This document shows, piece by piece, positions 62,501 to 64,000 of a stretch of DNA of 64,000 nt; position 1 is the first letter of the stretch, and every line of letters starts with the position of its first letter. The position numbers were made by a program, and so were the translations under genes. Below the pieces are notes generated by a model, which worked only from the letters and a program-made list of their open reading frames with translations, had not been told where the DNA came from and did not search any database. Origin of the DNA: Intoshia linei (Eukaryota; Animalia; Orthonectida); contig LWCA01000017.1 in the NCBI GenBank assembly GCA_001642005.1, positions 1 through 64,000 on the forward strand, given 5' to 3'.

Positions 62501-63106
62501 GAAAAGATTAAACCCGGTTGAGCCAATGTTAAATTCAACTTATTCATTAATTCGTTCGACAAGGTACCATTTAAATTTAAATTTAAACTTAAATTTGCAA
62601 TGTTAATTTTCAGATCTGTCCCAATATATAGAGGAGTACTATATAAACATTCCATATACGTGGCATTTGAAAAAATTTCGTTCGTCGAAAACGTAGAACT
62701 GATTATAGACATGGAAATTGGTAACTTTACTCGAGGTTCAATTTCTCTATTTCTGAAATCGCCGTCAGGAACAATTTCTCGATTATTGGGGACAAGAATT
62801 GCTGACACGTCAAATAAAAAAATTAATTTTACATTTAGTAGTTTACAATTTTGGGGAGAAGACCCCAATGGAGTTTGGGATTTTACATTGGACACTCTTG
62901 AAAAACCATTGCAATTTTCCCCGGTTAAAATCCACACTTTATCTGTACGATTCTATGGATTAGAAAATTATCCAACAATCAAAACATGGCATGACTCTGA
63001 ACGTGTTAGTCCCATTTATTTACAATATCTCAACGAAAAAAGCTATGATGATCCAATCAATACTTATACCTTTATTTCAAATGTTGAAAAAAGACAAAAA
63101 TTGTAA
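56558..63106 (+). CDS. Proprotein convertase (subtilisin/kexin, S8B), soluble PC1/3-like architecture, ~13 exons
   Basis: Signal peptide [16 protein letters not shown], prodomain, [15 protein letters not shown] (Asp), HGTKCAG (His), [20 protein letters not shown] (oxyanion Asn, so not PC2), QGTSSAAP (Ser), LSWRDV, YGFGVMD, and a P domain ending [10 protein letters not shown]. No Cys-rich or transmembrane region before the stop at 63106. Confidence 0.92.
57801..58010. mobile_element. hAT/Buster MITE in a convertase intron
   Basis: Perfect TSD gtaTAaat (57793-57800, 58011-58018); ends cagtagttttccacc / ggttgaaaacacgg; repeated cgaccc motifs. Confidence 0.8.
58850..59632 (-). mobile_element. 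Non-autonomous Helitron body in a convertase intron
   Basis: Collinear with 42650-43270. Confidence 0.75.
60790..61348 (-). mobile_element. Older Helitron copy in a convertase intron
   Basis: Family motifs and a degenerate 5' end (reverse complement attcattacttatgtaaaa). Confidence 0.55.
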
Positions 63107-63171
63107 CATTAAATTTATAGACACGGGGTATTATTCAAAATGTACAAATGTAATGTATTCTTGACTATATT

Positions 63172-63730
63172 TTAAAATACTGAATTCAAAGATTCATCCA
63201 TTGATTCAGAATCAGAATCAGAATTGCCTTGATCACTCAAATTGTGTAATAAATCATTTTCATTGCTTTTCATTTCATTAAAAGTTTCGTACAATTTTTC
63301 ATAGACATTTTCTTTTTCGGCCAATATACTTTGTATTGATTTATTAGAAATTTCGTCTGGTAGGTTGCTTTTATCTTCAAATACATTATTTACTGTGGCA
63401 CACGAGTTTTCTGTACTATCATAACCAGATTTGTAATCATTATTTAGGAGGGGTGAAATACCTTAATTTTATTATTATTAAATTTGATGTATTAAAAATT
63501 TTAATCTTGAAATGTACAAATACCTTTAGACGTATCACAAGGCGTGTTTTGAACATATTCGTATAGTTGATGTGTTTCATCTTTTATCTACAATTTAAAA
63601 TGTGATTATTATAAATAGTTATTTGACAATACATAATTTTGAGGAATAAATGGATAATTTTCTTCGCTTTTATGGTTAATGGAATTCATAGGCAAGTCTT
63701 TATTTTTATTCTTTTTGGCTTTTTTTAATC
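63172..63730 (-). CDS. 3' exons of an uncharacterised gene extending beyond the window; acidic low-complexity tail
   Basis: In-phase exons IKDETHQLYEYVQNTPCDTSK|GISPLLNNDYKSGYDST...DQGNSDSDSESMDESLNSVF* (stop 63172-63174), tail-to-tail with the convertase. Confidence 0.6.
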
Positions 63731-63789
63731 TATTTTAATTTAAATAATGTTCGTATATCCTTAAATATAATATATTTTAATTTAAGGAT

Positions 63790-64000
63790 TCTTATTATAT
63801 ATCCACTTTATTTCAATAACTACCAGTCTTAGAATTTTATAAAGTCCATATTTCAATTACAGTTTTTTCTGGGGGATATAATAAAATAAATTTCAACCTC
63901 CCAATTTCACATCTTACGAGTCAAAAACCCGAGTTTTCCCTCTTTTTGAAAATCAAACAAGTTGAAGAATTTAATTATATATACGCTAATACTGATTTTA
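63790..64000 (+). mobile_element. Helitron 5' region running off the window end
   Basis: tttatttcaataactaccagtcttagaattttataaag... matches the family 5' body. Confidence 0.7.

Overview
Very AT-rich eukaryotic (metazoan) genomic scaffold. No rRNA, tRNA or CRISPR array was recognised. Most introns are ~30-45 nt, and the long ones are filled with transposon debris. This architecture resembles the orthonectid Intoshia linei, which is an inference that was not checked against a database. Spliced genes assembled by eye, in order: uncharacterised exons (-), TTC12-like TPR gene (-), atypical Ras-family GTPase (-), EB1/MAPRE (-), HTATSF1 (-), a 56-aa single-pass membrane microprotein absent from the ORF track (+), F-BAR/RhoGAP srGAP-like gene (-), TPPP/p25 (-), SLC6 transporter (-), Nova-like KH gene (-), Galpha-q pseudogene (+), intronless MFSD1 (+), CLCC1 (-), subtilisin/kexin proprotein convertase (+), and the 3' end of another gene (-). 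Mobile DNA comprises ~15 copies of a non-autonomous Helitron (5'-TC ... hairpin-CTAG-3'), hAT/Buster MITEs with 8-bp TSDs, a Tigger/pogo, two Tc1-like elements (one DD35E, one carrying a spliceosomal intron), a mariner and a foldback-like element. Single-N gaps lie at 30298, 37045 and 44244. Sequence overlaps around them suggest a local mis-scaffolding that may have created the apparent 'KH gene nested in an SLC6 intron'. No clear new multi-gene system was found. The best leads are the microprotein, the divergent GTPase, a candidate Sm-site small RNA and a possible Helitron capture of Galpha-q exons.
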